Below are positions 25,401 through 39,595 of a DNA stretch of 51,892 bases, piece after piece. This stretch comes from Eledone cirrhosa (Eukaryota): assembly GCA_964016885.1 (NCBI GenBank), contig CAXHJY010001442.1, forward strand, positions 1-51,892, read 5' to 3'. Both the position numbers and the translations under genes were made by a program. The notes below the pieces were generated by a model. The model did no database searches. It saw nothing but the letters and a program-made list of their open reading frames with translations, and was not told where the DNA came from. The number at the start of each line of letters is the position of its first letter. The first letter of the stretch is position 1.

Positions 25401-26163
25401 TCCCTGTAAGCCTTACTTGCCAGTAAGGACAAGTTGAGCTTCCAGTAACCGGGTCCCTGTCTATGCGTTCTGTCAAGGTTGACCATGCAGCTCACTAACT
25501 TGTGGTCTGAATAGCCAACCATGCTCATTTTTGGACAACTTAAAAAGTCCTTATCCTTATTTCTAACTAGGTATGACCTAGATGATCCGCTGCTATTTGC
25601 CCAAGTCCAGGTTGGCGCAGTCGGAAAATCTAGTCGATATCTATCGGCCAGGTCAAATCGACCGATTAACCCTTTGAGGCTATTACACCCCTCTCTATTG
25701 TGACAGGCCCTTACGTAGTCCCAGCGTGCATCTAGGATACCATTCCAGTCCCCCACTAATAGCAAGGAGCGGGACGTCCCTAGAAAAGTCTCCAGACGAT
25801 GGAAGAAGTCCGGCCGCATTGACCCGAAAAGGCCGTAGGTGGCTACCAACCTAAACGCTCCGCCTTCACCACTGCCAAGTTCCAGGACCACTAGTTGACC
25901 CTCCGGGTCCAAATATACCATTTGTGTTGCGAGACCCAGATGTTTTTGCAGCAGAACGACAACCCCACCCCCATCTCCGGCTGACAGAGAGATGCGTGCA
26001 TCTCAAAGTCGTCAAAGGTGGGGGCCAGCTGTCGCATGTTGCTGATCCGGGCCTCGCAAATAACCATCACATTTATACGTTGTGACCTGAGGTCATTTAG
26101 AAGCATTGCTTGCTTCCAAGTTGAGCCCAGGCCACGCTCATTTAAACAGCCTACTCTTAGCAT
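22496..26163 (-). mobile_element. Tx1/L1-clade LINE ORF2 (APE endonuclease, RT, CCHC zinc finger), frameshifted; ORF1 absent
   Basis: [69 protein letters not shown]; 3' end GGTGGCAAATAAAAA. Confidence 0.93.
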
Positions 26164-26168
26164 ATATT

Positions 26169-26245
<77 letters not shown>

Positions 26246-26445
26246 ATATATATATGTATGTATGTATATATATATATGTATGTATGTATGTATATATATA
26301 TATGTATGTATGTATGTATATATATATATGTATGTATGTATGTATATATATATATGTATGTATGTATGTATGTATATATATATATGTATGTATGTATGTA
26401 TGTATATATATATATGTATGTATGTATGTATATATATATATGTAT
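26162..26445. repeat. (TA)n/(TATG)n array
   Basis: Direct inspection. Confidence 0.97.
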
Positions 26446-27017
26446 CCCAGTACAACCTGTCCCATGGTCTGGTCGTTGGCGACTAAACTGGCAACCCCGC
26501 CAAGGTTTCTTGGTGAGGAGGGTGACTTTGGACATCCTGCAGGACTAAAAACAAAACCTGTCAAAGGGCAAAGGAACTCTTAAGAGTCAATGGCCATCCA
26601 AAATCACCGGGAGAGATGACCCCTTAGCCTTTGTCAAGGCAGAATTCTAGGAGAAGGAAAACTCTGATATAACACCTGCAACCCTGATGGTATCCAATGA
26701 TGTTGACTTGTTCTTCTTTTTGGTAAATATCATCTTGGTTAAGAGAGTGGGACTGGCTTTGTGCAGTGCCTTTGCTCACTATAAAAGCTTCACGGCACAG
26801 GCATTGCTTTATATCTGGAGATCTCTCTGCACTTGTCATCACAGGGTACCATGGGCCCAGCACTATGTGTCAGTAATTGTCACAAGTGTAGTGTTTGTAC
26901 CAAAGTTTTCAAGTCGCTGGCTGGACTAAAAAGTCACACTCGTTCAGCGCATCAGTAGGGGTTCTCCTACACGGATATAAAGTAGTGGCCGTACTCGAAA
27001 ACGAGTTGGCAGCCACC
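26446..27017 (+). mobile_element. Internally deleted non-autonomous RTE derivative (5'UTR joined to C-terminal zinc finger and 3' end)
   Basis: CTAGGAGAAGGAAAACTCTGA and GTCG..CGACTAA motifs that I associate with RTE 5'UTRs; [23 protein letters not shown]-stop at about 26887-26958; terminal hairpin ACTCG-AAAA-CGAGT. Confidence 0.65.
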
Positions 27018-27240
27018 ATATATATGTATGTATGTATGTATATATATATATATATATATGTATGTATATATATATATATGTATGTATGTATATATATATA
27101 TATGTATGTATGTATATATATATATATGTATGTATGTATATATATATATATGTATGTATGTATGTATATATATATATATGTATGTATATATATATGTATG
27201 TATATATATATATATGTATGTATATATATATATATGTATG

Positions 27241-27287
<47 letters not shown>

Positions 27288-27316
27288 GTATGTATATATA
27301 TATATATATATGTATG

Positions 27317-27351
<35 letters not shown>

Positions 27352-27354
27352 GTA

Positions 27355-28630
27355 TGTGTAGGAAAGGCGTAGGTAGAAACTCCATTTTATGTCCCAAATG
27401 CAAAGTATGGGTGCATAAAAGATGTAGTTGGATCACAGGTAAGCTAACTAAGAACATAGATTTTACATGTGGCCGGTGCTCTGGTGCAATAAGTAGCAGC
27501 AAGTGCCCACAAAATACTAGCTCCTTCAACTGCGCAGAGGGTTCTATAGAAATAGTGGACAGCTTCCGTTATCTGGGTGACAAAATCAGCAGTGGGGGAG
27601 GGTGCTCTGAAAGTACAGTAGCTAGAGTCAGAACTGGATGGAAAAAGTTCAGAGAGCTTATACCACTATTAGCCGCTAGAGGGTTCTCCCTAAAAATGAA
27701 AGGCAGGTTATACGATGCCTGCATACGAACAGCAATGCTGCATGGCAGTGAGACCTGGGCATTGTGTGCAGAGGATATACGCAGACTAGAGAGGAACGAA
27801 GCTTGCATGCTCCGCTGGATGTGCAATAGTAATATACGTGAACGGCAAAGCATAAACGAACTAAGAAAAAAATTAGAAATAAGAGGGATCAGATGTTGTT
27901 TACTCGAGAGAAGGCTACGTTGGTACGGTCACGTGATGCGCATGAAAGACGACAGCTGTATAACAAAGTGCAGGGCAATAAAGATAGACGGTAGCCACGG
28001 AGTAGGCAGACCCAGAAAAACATGGGACGAGCTGATAAATTCCGACCTCACACGCTTACACCTCTCCAAGACAATGTCACTGGACCGAGACCTTTGGCGG
28101 TACTCAGTAATAGAGAAGACCCGCCTTACCTAAATACAAAGTAAAAACCTACTACAGTCAGTAGGCACCTCTATCAAAACACACCCCCGTCCCACCACCT
28201 CCACACCGCCCCTTTCAATGTAAAGTTATGTTGGTCCCACAACATCCAGGCCGAAACAAATGAGATCGTGTAGGTGTCACGACAAAAAACACACAGTCCA
28301 CGCTGTAAATGTGGCCGTGTAGGCAACACGGTAAAAACCTCCCAGCCCCACACTGTAAATGTGGTTGGTGTTAGGAAGGGCATCCAGCTGTAGAAAACCC
28401 GCCAGACAGTCCACGCTGTAATGTGGCCGTGTAGGCAACACGGTAAAAACCTCCCAGCCCCACACTGTAAATGTGGTTGGTGTTAGGAAGGGCATCCAAC
28501 TGTAGAAAACCCGCCAGACAGTCCTATGCGAGCAAGACAACCACTCTTGCCTCAAGTGGGAAAACCCCCGTCCAAACCCATGCAAGCGTGGAACACGGAC
28601 GCTAAACCTGATGATGATGATGATGATGAT
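27355..28630 (+). mobile_element. RTE-clade LINE 3' fragment (same family as 46207-50766)
   Basis: Cys-rich insert, [29 protein letters not shown]; 3'UTR with duplicated ~118-bp unit; (GAT)n tail. Confidence 0.95.
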
Positions 28631-28985
28631 GTATGTATATATATATATGTATGTATATATATATGTATATATACATATATATGTATGTATATATATATGT
28701 ATGTATATATATATGTATGTATATATACATATATATGTATGTATATATATATGTATATATATATATATGTATGTATATATATATGTATATGTATGTATAT
28801 ATATATATATGTATGTATATATATATGTATGTATGTATATATATATATATATGTATGTATATATATATATGTATGTATGTATATATATATATATATATGT
28901 ATGTATATATATATGTATGTATGTATATATATATATATATGTATGTATATATATATATATGTATGTATATATATATATATGTATG

Positions 28986-29016
<31 letters not shown>

Positions 29017-29059
29017 ATATATATATATGTATGTATATATATATGTATGTATGTATGTA

Positions 29060-29092
<33 letters not shown>

Positions 29093-29173
29093 ATATATAT
29101 ATATATGTATGTATATATATATATATGTATGTATATATATATATGTATGTATGTATATATATATATATATATG

Positions 29174-29218
<45 letters not shown>

Positions 29219-29297
29219 ATATATATATATGTATGTATATATATATATATGTATGTATATATATATATATGTATGTATATATATATATATATGTATG

Positions 29298-29362
<65 letters not shown>

Positions 29363-29369
29363 ATGTATG

Positions 29370-29434
<65 letters not shown>

Positions 29435-29441
29435 ATGTATG

Positions 29442-29506
<65 letters not shown>

Positions 29507-29513
29507 ATGTATG

Positions 29514-29578
<65 letters not shown>

Positions 29579-29619
29579 ATATATATATATATATATATCT
29601 ATGTATATATATATCTATG

Positions 29620-29662
<43 letters not shown>

Positions 29663-29705
29663 ATATATATATATGTATGTATATATATATATATATATAT
29701 GTATG

Positions 29706-29802
<97 letters not shown>

Positions 29803-29803
29803 A
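28631..29803. repeat. (TA)n/(TATG)n array
   Basis: Direct inspection. Confidence 0.98.
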
Positions 29804-31522
29804 CCCCAAGGAATGCGCAGAGCTCATTGCTGAATGCTATGCAGGCATTTTCACCATTGAAGACCAGAGTGTACCATCTCCACCACCTATGACACCGGAC
29901 TCTATTACAACCATGGAATTTACACCTGCAATGCTGCGACGTCACCTAAAAAATAAACGCAACCATGCCTCTCCTGGTCTTGATGGTGTTACGTACCTGC
30001 TTCTTAAACGTGGTGGGTACTTCTACACCAGTTATCACGCTTCTTCCAATTCTGTCTGAACAACAGTGCTACTCCAGAACAGTGGAAAACTGCCAGTGTA
30101 ATTCCTCTGTTCAAAAAGGGTGACCGCACATCACCTGTGAACTATCGTCCAGTCAGTCTTACTAGTTGCATCGCCAAACTGATGGAATCCTGTGTCAGAG
30201 AAACACTTTGGAACTTCTGGAGCTCTCACAGTCTTATCCGGCCTTCGCAATTTGGATTTATCCCCAACTCTAGCTGCTGTGATCAACTTATAGAGTTTCT
30301 TGAGGACATCACCCGGATCACTGATGGCGGCTCATGGGTGGATGTTGTTTACCTTGACTTTGCGAAGGCCTTCAATTCTGTGCCGCACAAAAGGCTTATG
30401 GCAAAACTCTCTGCAATGGGTGTGAAGGATGATCTTTTTAACTGGTTGAAGTCCTTCATTCTCAGTCGAAGAGAGGTAGTCACGGTTCTGGGACAGCATT
30501 CCTCACCATATGAGATGTCATCTGGTGTACCTCAGGGATCTGTTCTTGGCCCCCTTTTGTTTGTGGCATATATTAATGACATAGATGCCAACTTAAGGAA
30601 TGCCACAGTACTAAAGTACGCAGACGACATCAAGCTGTACCTTGAGATAAAAAGGACAGATCCTGAACACTATAGATCTTGCTTGCAGTCTGACCTGGAC
30701 ACAATGCAACAGTGGATCTCAGACTGGCAACTCAAGCTAGCTGTGGACAAGTGCACCACCATGCATTTTGGGAGTAAAAACCCAGCGTCCACATATTCCC
30801 TCCACAGCACTAATATCAAGAAGTCTTCCTGTGAACGTGACCTGGGCATTACGGTCAGCAGCGATTTGCGTTGGACGAGGCACGTCTCTAAAATTGTCAA
30901 GAGGGCCGAGGGTGTCTTAGCATCACTCAGCAAGACCTTTGTCAGCCGCTCTCCAGATATCTATTTAAGGCTGTATACAGCTATGGTGCGACCACACTTA
31001 GAATTTGCATCACCAGTCTGGAACCCCTATCTTGCTCAGGACATTGACCGCCTGGAAACTGTTCAGAGACGTGCAACCAAGCGAATACCCTCCATCAGGT
31101 ATCTACCATACTCTGATCGCCTTGCTTCCCTGGGCATGGATTCATTGAAGCTCCGACGCCTGGCAACTGACTTGGTAAACACCCACAAAATTGTTAACCA
31201 TGTTGCCAACAACAACCCTGAGTGCCTTTTCGATTTCCATGTGTCTAACACACGTGGACATGCCCACAAAGTAAGAAAACAGAACAGTTCCCATGACTTT
31301 CGGAAACATTTTTTCACGCTCAGAGTTGCTGAAGCATGGAACAAACTACCTGCATCAGTTGTTAGCTGTCGAGACGCTGCATCCTTTAAGGCCTCCATGC
31401 TTCCCGAGATCCGCCAACACTACAGCTAACACATACAAACATGTACTTCCCTGGCATTTGTGTATTATTCTATGTACTATATTGACGAGTTGTAGTGCAC
31501 CTGAGCACTTTACACAATAATT

Positions 31523-31555
<33 letters not shown>
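29804..31555 (+). mobile_element. CR1-group LINE, 5'-truncated; RT ORF 30137-31429 open
   Basis: SPGLDG, NYRPVSLTS, YLDFAKAF, GVPQGSVLGPLLF, KYADD, RDLG, VRPHLEF, TRGH, FF..RV..WN.LP; (ATT)n tail. Confidence 0.93.
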
Positions 31556-31570
<15 letters not shown>

Positions 31571-31583
31571 CTATGTATGTATG

Positions 31584-31614
<31 letters not shown>

Positions 31615-31641
31615 ATATATATATATATATATATGTATGTT

Positions 31642-31672
<31 letters not shown>

Positions 31673-31965
31673 ATATATATATGTATGTATATATATATAT
31701 GTATGTATGTATGTATATATATATATATATGTATGTATATATATATATATATGTATGTATATATATATATATATGTATGTATATATATATATATATGTAT
31801 GTATGTATATATATATATATATATGTATGTATATATATATATATATGTATGTATATATATATATATATGTATGTATGTATATATATATGTATGTATGTAT
31901 ATATATATGTATGTATATGTATATATATATATATATGTATGTATATATATATTTATATATGTATG

Positions 31966-31998
<33 letters not shown>

Positions 31999-32007
31999 AT
32001 ATACATG

Positions 32008-32038
<31 letters not shown>

Positions 32039-32143
32039 ATATATATATATGTATGTATATATGTATATATATATATATATGTATGTATATATATATATAT
32101 GTATGTATGTATATATATATATGTATATATATATATATGTATG

Positions 32144-32174
<31 letters not shown>

Positions 32175-32272
32175 GTATGTATATATATATATGTATGTAT
32201 GTATATATATATATGTATGTATGTATATATATATATGTATGTATGTATATATATATATATGTATGTATATAT

Positions 32273-32306
<34 letters not shown>

Positions 32307-32310
32307 GTAT

Positions 32311-32344
<34 letters not shown>

Positions 32345-32637
32345 GTATATCTATATATGTATGTATGTATATATATATGTATGTATGTATGTATATATAT
32401 ATATATGTATGTATATATATATATATGTATGTATGTATATCTATATATGTATGTATGTATATGTATATATATATATATGTATGTATATATATATATATGT
32501 ATGTATGTATATCTATATATGTATGTATGTATATATATATATATATGTATGTATGTATATATATGTATGTATGTATATATATATATGTATGTATATATAT
32601 ATGTATGTATGTATATATATATATATATGTATGTACG

Positions 32638-32668
<31 letters not shown>

Positions 32669-32696
32669 GTATGTATATATATATGTATGTATGTAC
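31556..32696. repeat. (TA)n/(TATG)n array
   Basis: Direct inspection. Confidence 0.98.
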
Positions 32697-33112
32697 GATT
32701 CTCTAACTGGATTGTCAAACGCTCAATATAGAATTGCCGTGGATTATGTGAGGGGCATATAATCGAAGAATACACTCCCCTGACCATGAAAATGTCGATG
32801 TAGATGAGGTACTTGTCATCCCTTCGCTGTGCATCTCCAATACGTTTAATACTTTAATGCTTGCACTATTTTTAATGCTTATATCTTTTCTCCACACACA
32901 GACTATAACAATCATTTAAAGAATTTCCCACCAGATCAACCAACCTAACACTCTTCTTTACCTACCTAAGTGCTCCTACCACACATATCTCTCTGCCACA
33001 CTATATAAACAACACGCACGTGCTTGCCACACATATAACATTTGCACTATATAACCGCTTATCTTCATGTTGCATTTTAACCTGTATTTTTGATTTTTGA
33101 TTGTACCTTTTA

Positions 33113-33284
33113 TTATGAATGTAATCTCGAAGTGTGTACTGCCACTCTAAATGCTGTAATGAATGTTGACCCACAATATTTGCATATATATCGGTATGTC
33201 TCTTGGCTGAAAAGGAGGTCATATAACTGTCCATTCATTAATAAATTGCTCCGAAGAATCCAAACCTCGGTTTGGAGGAAACAA
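33113..33284 (-). CDS. Candidate terminal exon encoding one C2H2 zinc finger (absent from ORF track)
   Basis: After TGTGCTTACAG acceptor: CFLQTEVWILRSNLLMNGQLYDLLFSQETYRYICKYCGSTFITAFRVAVHTSRLHS-stop; AATAAA overlaps the stop. Confidence 0.4.
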
Positions 33285-33497
33285 CTGTAAGCACAATAAT
33301 GTTTTGAACAGTCCTTTGATTCTTATATTTCATATAACTGCTCTGTAAATCATCTGATGTTTTTACATTGAGCTACTTAACTTACTGGTAATAAGCTAGT
33401 AATACATTACTGCCTACCACTATTTAGGGTTTGTATAAAAAATACATATAACTGCTAAAGTCTTTTGTATTTTCATAACCATAAATAGTACAATTAA

Positions 33498-33564
<67 letters not shown>

Positions 33565-33565
33565 T

Positions 33566-35535
33566 GTTTTCTCTTTCTCTTAATTTCGAGTATATTTTTT
33601 TGACCGGCCACCTTCCTGGTGGCAAGGTTGTAAAAGAAAAGAAATTGTCATCCCTTGAATCGCAAGAATGTTTTGCATATTTTGAAGGTGCCAGCTATCG
33701 CAGCCATTTGTAGACTATGAATTAGGGAGCTGCGCTTTTTGTCCGCAAATCCAAGTTCGGTCATACTTTGGTCCAAGCGGGTTGGTATATAACCCGTAGC
33801 ACCAATAATGATGGGTATGAAGCTAAAGGTGTATCTTGGATACTGGGTTTGTAAACTCCTCATCAATGGTCCGTAGATGTCCTCCTTCTCCTGTATTTTT
33901 CTGACAACGTTTACATCAAGTGGGCAGCTGATCTCCACAACAGAACACGTTTTCAATGTGTGGTCCCAAACTACAATATCAGGCCGGTTGTGCTTTAATT
34001 TGGTGGCAGTTTTTATTTTCAGGTTCCACCAGTATTCCTTAGTGCCATCTGTCTCAATATATTCTTCCTCGTTTGTTGTTAATTTTGTTTTCCGAAGTGC
34101 GTTCCAGATAGTTCTAGCTATCCCATCGTGTCTCATGGGGAGGTAGTAGCGAGATGACATTCTTTCGCAGCTGGCAACAATGTGGCTTACATCCTCGATC
34201 TTTGTTTTACATAGCCTACATTTATTGTCAGCTGCTGGCCCTCCTCTTTTGTGCAGCAGATATTTGGTAGGGAGTTCTTGTTCCTGTATTGCATAGAGAT
34301 ATCCCTCAAGGTGTGATGTCATAAACTTGTCGGAACTCCATGCCAGGCTTTTTGAGTGGTTTATCCCCTCTATGGTCTGTGTTTTACGCCTCAAGTATTC
34401 ATGCACAACTTTCTCTGTAAATTGGTCAATTTTTTTTTCTTGTTTGAACATTGAATAGGATCTTCCGATTTCTCTGGGTGAGAGATTTATATCAGGCTTT
34501 ATTCCATATCTCTCCTCCAGATCAGTCGCTATTCTAATGATATTTCTTTTTTCATGCTCATAAACCTGAGCAAGATGGTCGCCAACCTTTTTCCTCTGTT
34601 GAAGGTGTTGCTTCAGTGTTACTATCCGGGTCTCATATGTTGTTAATATTGATTTTAGACCCCGGCCACCTTCCTTGCGTGAGAAGTATAGCCTATCCAC
34701 ATCACCATTGATGTTAAAGTTCCCAGTAACACTGAGAAGTTTTCGAGTTCTAACATCCATCTCACTTAGTTCTTGCAATGACCAGTTCAGTAGGCCAAAT
34801 GTTGGCGTTAGAATTGGCACAGCATAGGTATTGTGGGCAATGTATTTGTTGTATGCTGACAGTTCTGATGACTATATTTTTTTTACTCTTCTGAGGTATT
34901 CAGTTCTGGTTCTCTCCTTATTTATGGGTCCATCATATCTGACATTCTCATCCTGTCCAAGATATCTGTAGTTATCACCTGACTGCAGAGGTTGTATTGT
35001 CAGGCCGTTCATATCTAGATTTCTAGAGGAGGGCACAGCTCTTCCACGTTTTACTGCCAAATATGCACACTTGGACTCACCAAATTTCATTTTGATGTCG
35101 GTTGAAAATTGTGTAATGAGGTCCAATTGTTTCTTGATGTCATTGATATTTGGCCCATACAACTTCAGGTCATCAACAAAGAAAAGATGGGAGATACTTC
35201 TGGGCCCACTTCTTTGTCCACCTTGTTTCCTGAGTAGGTAAGATAGTGGATTCAGTGAGAGAACGAAGAGTAGTACTGACAAGCTATCACCCTGAAAGAT
35301 GCCCTTCTGGTAATGTATCCTATCAGTCTTAACCTGCTCCTTCTCACCTCTAAGGATCAAATTGGTGTACCAGTTCTTGGTCAGGCGTTCAACAGCAGCT
35401 ACTAATGGTTGTGGGACTTTAGCTAACTGTAAAGCCTTAATAATCCACCCATGAGGTACACTATCAAATGCTTTTTGATAGTCCAGCCACACGACAGTCA
35501 TGTTTCTGCGATTCTTTGTTGTTTTTCCCTTTCTT
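33566..35535 (-). mobile_element. R4/Dong-clade non-LTR retrotransposon (RT plus restriction-like endonuclease), 5'-truncated, single in-frame TAG at 34872-34874
   Basis: [43 protein letters not shown]....EDVSHIVASC, RHD, RPDIVV, VEISCP, KEDIY; ORFs 34872-35501 and 33648-34820 share one frame. Confidence 0.93.
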
Positions 35536-35732
35536 ATGTATGTATGTATATATATATGTATGTATATATATATGTATGTATGTATATATATATATGTATG
35601 TATGTATGTATATATATATATATGTATGTATGTATATATATATATATATGTATGTATGTATATATATATATATATGTATGTATGTATATATATATATATA
35701 TGTATGTATATATATATATATATATATGTATG

Positions 35733-35821
<89 letters not shown>

Positions 35822-35912
35822 ATATATATGTATGTATATATATATATATGTGTATGTATGTATATATATATATATATATATGTATGTATATATATATATA
35901 TGTGTATGTATG

Positions 35913-35947
<35 letters not shown>

Positions 35948-35984
35948 GTGTATGTATGTATATATATATATATGTGTATGTATG

Positions 35985-36043
<59 letters not shown>

Positions 36044-36108
36044 ATATATATGTATGTATGTATATATATATATATGTATGTATGTATGTAGATATATATA
36101 TATGTATG

Positions 36109-36150
<42 letters not shown>
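35536..36150. repeat. (TA)n/(TATG)n array
   Basis: Direct inspection. Confidence 0.98.
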
Positions 36151-36153
<3 letters not shown>

Positions 36154-37454
36154 GACGTAAAATAAGAAAAAAAAAAAAAAAAAAAAAAAATTAACTTAAA
36201 TTTTCACTCCAACTAATTAGTTTCTGCAATGGGATAAAGACAGTTACGTAATGAACTGTTGAGAATTTCATTGCGTCATCAGGGAGGTCTATTCTCAGCC
36301 AAGTCTCCAAGCAATGCGCGGACACTGGGGACTCATATACAAATAATAATAATTCGGTAAATGGAACAGCTATCGAGGACTGGATTCCAGGCACTGAAAA
36401 TTCTCACTGCCACTAGTCAAATGGCCGATTCTAAAGAATCAATCACGTGACACAGAGGCTAGTCAGTAGGAATGGGATGGTAAGATGACAGACGCCTACT
36501 AACACCCCCAAAAAAATTTAGAAGTGGTTTTGGCAGGTTTGCTCGACAAATCAGTGATTTGGAGATAAATATAGATAATTTAATATATCTACTAACATAA
36601 GCGCACAGATGTACGCTAATGCCAGCAAATGCACAGGTTATGTCATAGTACCTAGGTGGTTCAATGCAGGAGGATGCAGAACAATAATATAAAAGACGTA
36701 AAATAAGAAAATTTTTAAAGTGAAAATTTAAGTAAGTTAATTTAAAAAAAAATTTTTTTTTAATTTTCTTATTTTACGTCTTTTATATTATTGTTCTGCA
36801 TCCTCCTGCATTGAACCACCTAGGTACTATGACATAACCTGTGTATTTGCTGGCATTAGCGTACATCTGTGCGCTTATGTTAGTAGATATATTAAATTAT
36901 CTATATTTATCTCCAAATCACTGATTTGTCGAGCAAACCTGCCAAAAAAACTTCTAAATTTTTTTGGGTGTGTTAGTAGGCGTCTGTCATCTTACCATCC
37001 CATTCCTACTGACTAGCCTCTGTGTTACGTGATTGATTCTTTAGAATCGGCCATTTGACCAATGTAAGTGAGAATTTTCAGTGCCTGGAATCCAGTCCTC
37101 GATAGCTGTTCCATTTATCGAATTATTATTATTTTTATATGAGTCCCCAGTGTCCGCGCATTGCCTGGAGACTTGGCTGAGAATAGACCTCCCTGATGAC
37201 GCAATGAAATTCTCAACAGTTCATTACGTAACTGTCTTTATCCCATTGCAGAATCTAATTAGTTGGAGTGAAAATTTAAGTAAGTTAATTTAAAAAAAAA
37301 TTTTTTTTTTAATTTTCTTATTTTACGTCTTTCATATTATTGTTCTGCATCCTCCTGCATTGAACCACCTAGGTACTATGACATAACCTGTGTATTTGCT
37401 GGCATTAGCGTACATCTGTGCGCTTATGTTAGTAGATATATTAAATTATCTATA
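36147..37454. mobile_element. 548-bp non-coding unit: one inverted copy (36147-36712) plus 1.3 direct tandem copies (36719-37454)
   Basis: GTGAAAATTTAAGTAAG at 36720 and 37268; mirror ORFs 36191-36394(-) and 37081-37293(+); CTGATGACGCAATGAAA core; (TA)n on both sides. Confidence 0.8.
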
Positions 37455-37468
37455 TATATATATATATC

Positions 37469-37523
37469 TGTTAGAACACGAAAAGTGTGAAACAACAGAA
37501 TGTTCACTTTTCGTGTTCTAACA
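37469..37523. repeat. 19-bp-arm hairpin next to TA tract
   Basis: TGTTAGAACACGAAAAGTG ... CACTTTTCGTGTTCTAACA. Confidence 0.85.
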
Positions 37524-37702
37524 TATATGTGTAACTTCTTCATAAATTTTCCGGGGATAGCCGTGGCGGTGGTGATCGTATGTCATTGGCTAATTTTCAA
37601 CCAATCAGAGTAAGTGTTGATATATATATATATATATATATACTATTCCCCCTCTCTCTATATATATCTTACGCTTTCGCTTTACACTCCTCCCCTTCAA
37701 TA

Positions 37703-38486
37703 ACACATTTCCCCCTCTCTATATATCTCTTATACTGTTACACTTATATTTCCATTTATTTATTACCCCCTCTCTCTATATCTCTTCCACTGTTACTTAC
37801 GCCTGTTTCTCTCTATCTGTTCTGTCTCTATATATATCTCTCTTACTCTTTCGCTTTGCACTCCTCCCCTTCAATACCATCTCTCCCCCTCTCTATATAT
37901 TTGTTACTCTATCGCTGCACGCTCCTCTGCTTCAATATATCAATTACACACTTACGCTTTACACTCCTTTATCCCCAGCGCCCCTATATATACCCCCCCC
38001 CCCCGCATCTATATTTTAATGTTCCGTTGCACCGTGAATATATGTGTCTATATATATATACATATATATTGTATATACACATTCATGTATGTGTATACAC
38101 ACTCATGTATGTATATACACTGGTTTTATGTGTGTATTGTAAATTTGTACTGTTAAAACACGAAACTAACATTCGATTGACACTTTGATTACCTGTACAG
38201 GCAATAGTTATTAGAATGCTGTTGAAGTGTGTATATATTTTTGGTGAATCCGCGATAGTTGAACCGCCAAGTAGCGAGGTATCACTGTATATATGTTTAA
38301 ATATATAGTGTAGCTGTGAAAACTGACTTTAAACGTGTTTCGGTTTACGAGCGCCACGCCGGAACGAATTAAACTTGTAAACCGAGGTGCCACAGTATAT
38401 ATATATATATAAAATAAAAGAATTTATTCAGTTTTGGGACAATATAATTTTGACTGATAACAAATGTGAAATTCTTAACTAGCATC

Positions 38487-38518
<32 letters not shown>

Positions 38519-39040
38519 TATGAAACTTCTAGGTATGTCACGATGTATCTAACATTACGTTGACACTTTCCCCCTCTCTATATATCTCTTATACTGTTAC
38601 ACTTATATTTCCATTTATTTATTCCCCCCTCTCTCTATATCTCTTCCACTGTTACTTACGCCTGTTTCTCTCTATCTGTTCCGTCTCTATATATATCTCT
38701 CTTACTCTTTCGCTTTGCACTCCTCCCCTTCAATACCATCTCTCCCCCTCTCTATATATTTGTTACTCTATCGCTGCACGCTCCTCTCCTTCAATATATC
38801 AATTACACACTTACGCTTTACACTCCTTTATCCCCAGCGCCCCTATATATACACCCCCCCTCCCGCATCTATATTTTAATATTCCGTTGCACCGTGAATA
38901 TATGTGTCTATATATACATATATATTGTATATACACATTCATGTATGTGTATACACACTCATGTATGTATATACACTGGTTTTATGTGTGTATTGTAAAT
39001 TTGTACTGTTAAAACACGAAACTAACATTCGATTGACACT
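37703..39040 (+). repeat. Two ~480-bp near-identical direct repeats (37703-38184, 38563-39040) enclosing pogo/Tigger-like MITE ends
   Basis: Pyrimidine-rich unit with internal subrepeats; CGAGGTATCACTGTA (about 38275-38289) and CGAGGTGCCACAGTA (about 38383-38397) between them. Confidence 0.8.
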
Positions 39041-39595
39041 ATTAATGTGCAATAAGAGCAAAATATAACGACATTGCTCAATTATTTTATCTAATGTTGT
39101 AATAACACAAGGAAATGTTGTTTGTGTATTTTTTTTTATATTTGCTCATAGGCTTTTACAATTTCGCTCAGCCAACAACTATTAAAAAGTGAGTTGCTTA
39201 AGATAACAATTTAATCACAAATTGTTGCTATCTTTTAATACACTCCAACAAGTCATCAAATTATGTACAATAAAAACAAATCTTATTAATTTGCTCAGGG
39301 AATATAAAGAAAATGTATATACACTGATAATTGCAATTGTATGTAAATATTTTGTTTTTGTATTGTTTATTTTATGTTTTCTATTATGTATAATATATTG
39401 ATTTAATATTGATTGTTTTTTGTAGTTGTTTATATTAAAAGTCTGAAAATATTTTTATACATCTTACACTAATATTTATAAGATAATTTATAATAACAAT
39501 TACATAATCTAATTACATTACAACGATAATTTATTATTAATATATATCCTGTTTAACTAGAGTTATTACAAGCGTTGCCTTAAAAAAAATATTAA

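Noticed and set aside
26446-26510. HDV-like ribozyme
   Set aside because: P2/P3-like pairings and CTAA are present, but P1 and P1.1 could not be assigned
26895-28133. 412-aa ORF as a fusion gene
   Set aside because: Chance read-through from a microsatellite into an RTE 3' fragment
37703-39040. LTR retrotransposon from two direct repeats
   Set aside because: No TG..CA termini, PBS, PPT or coding sequence; better explained as a local duplication
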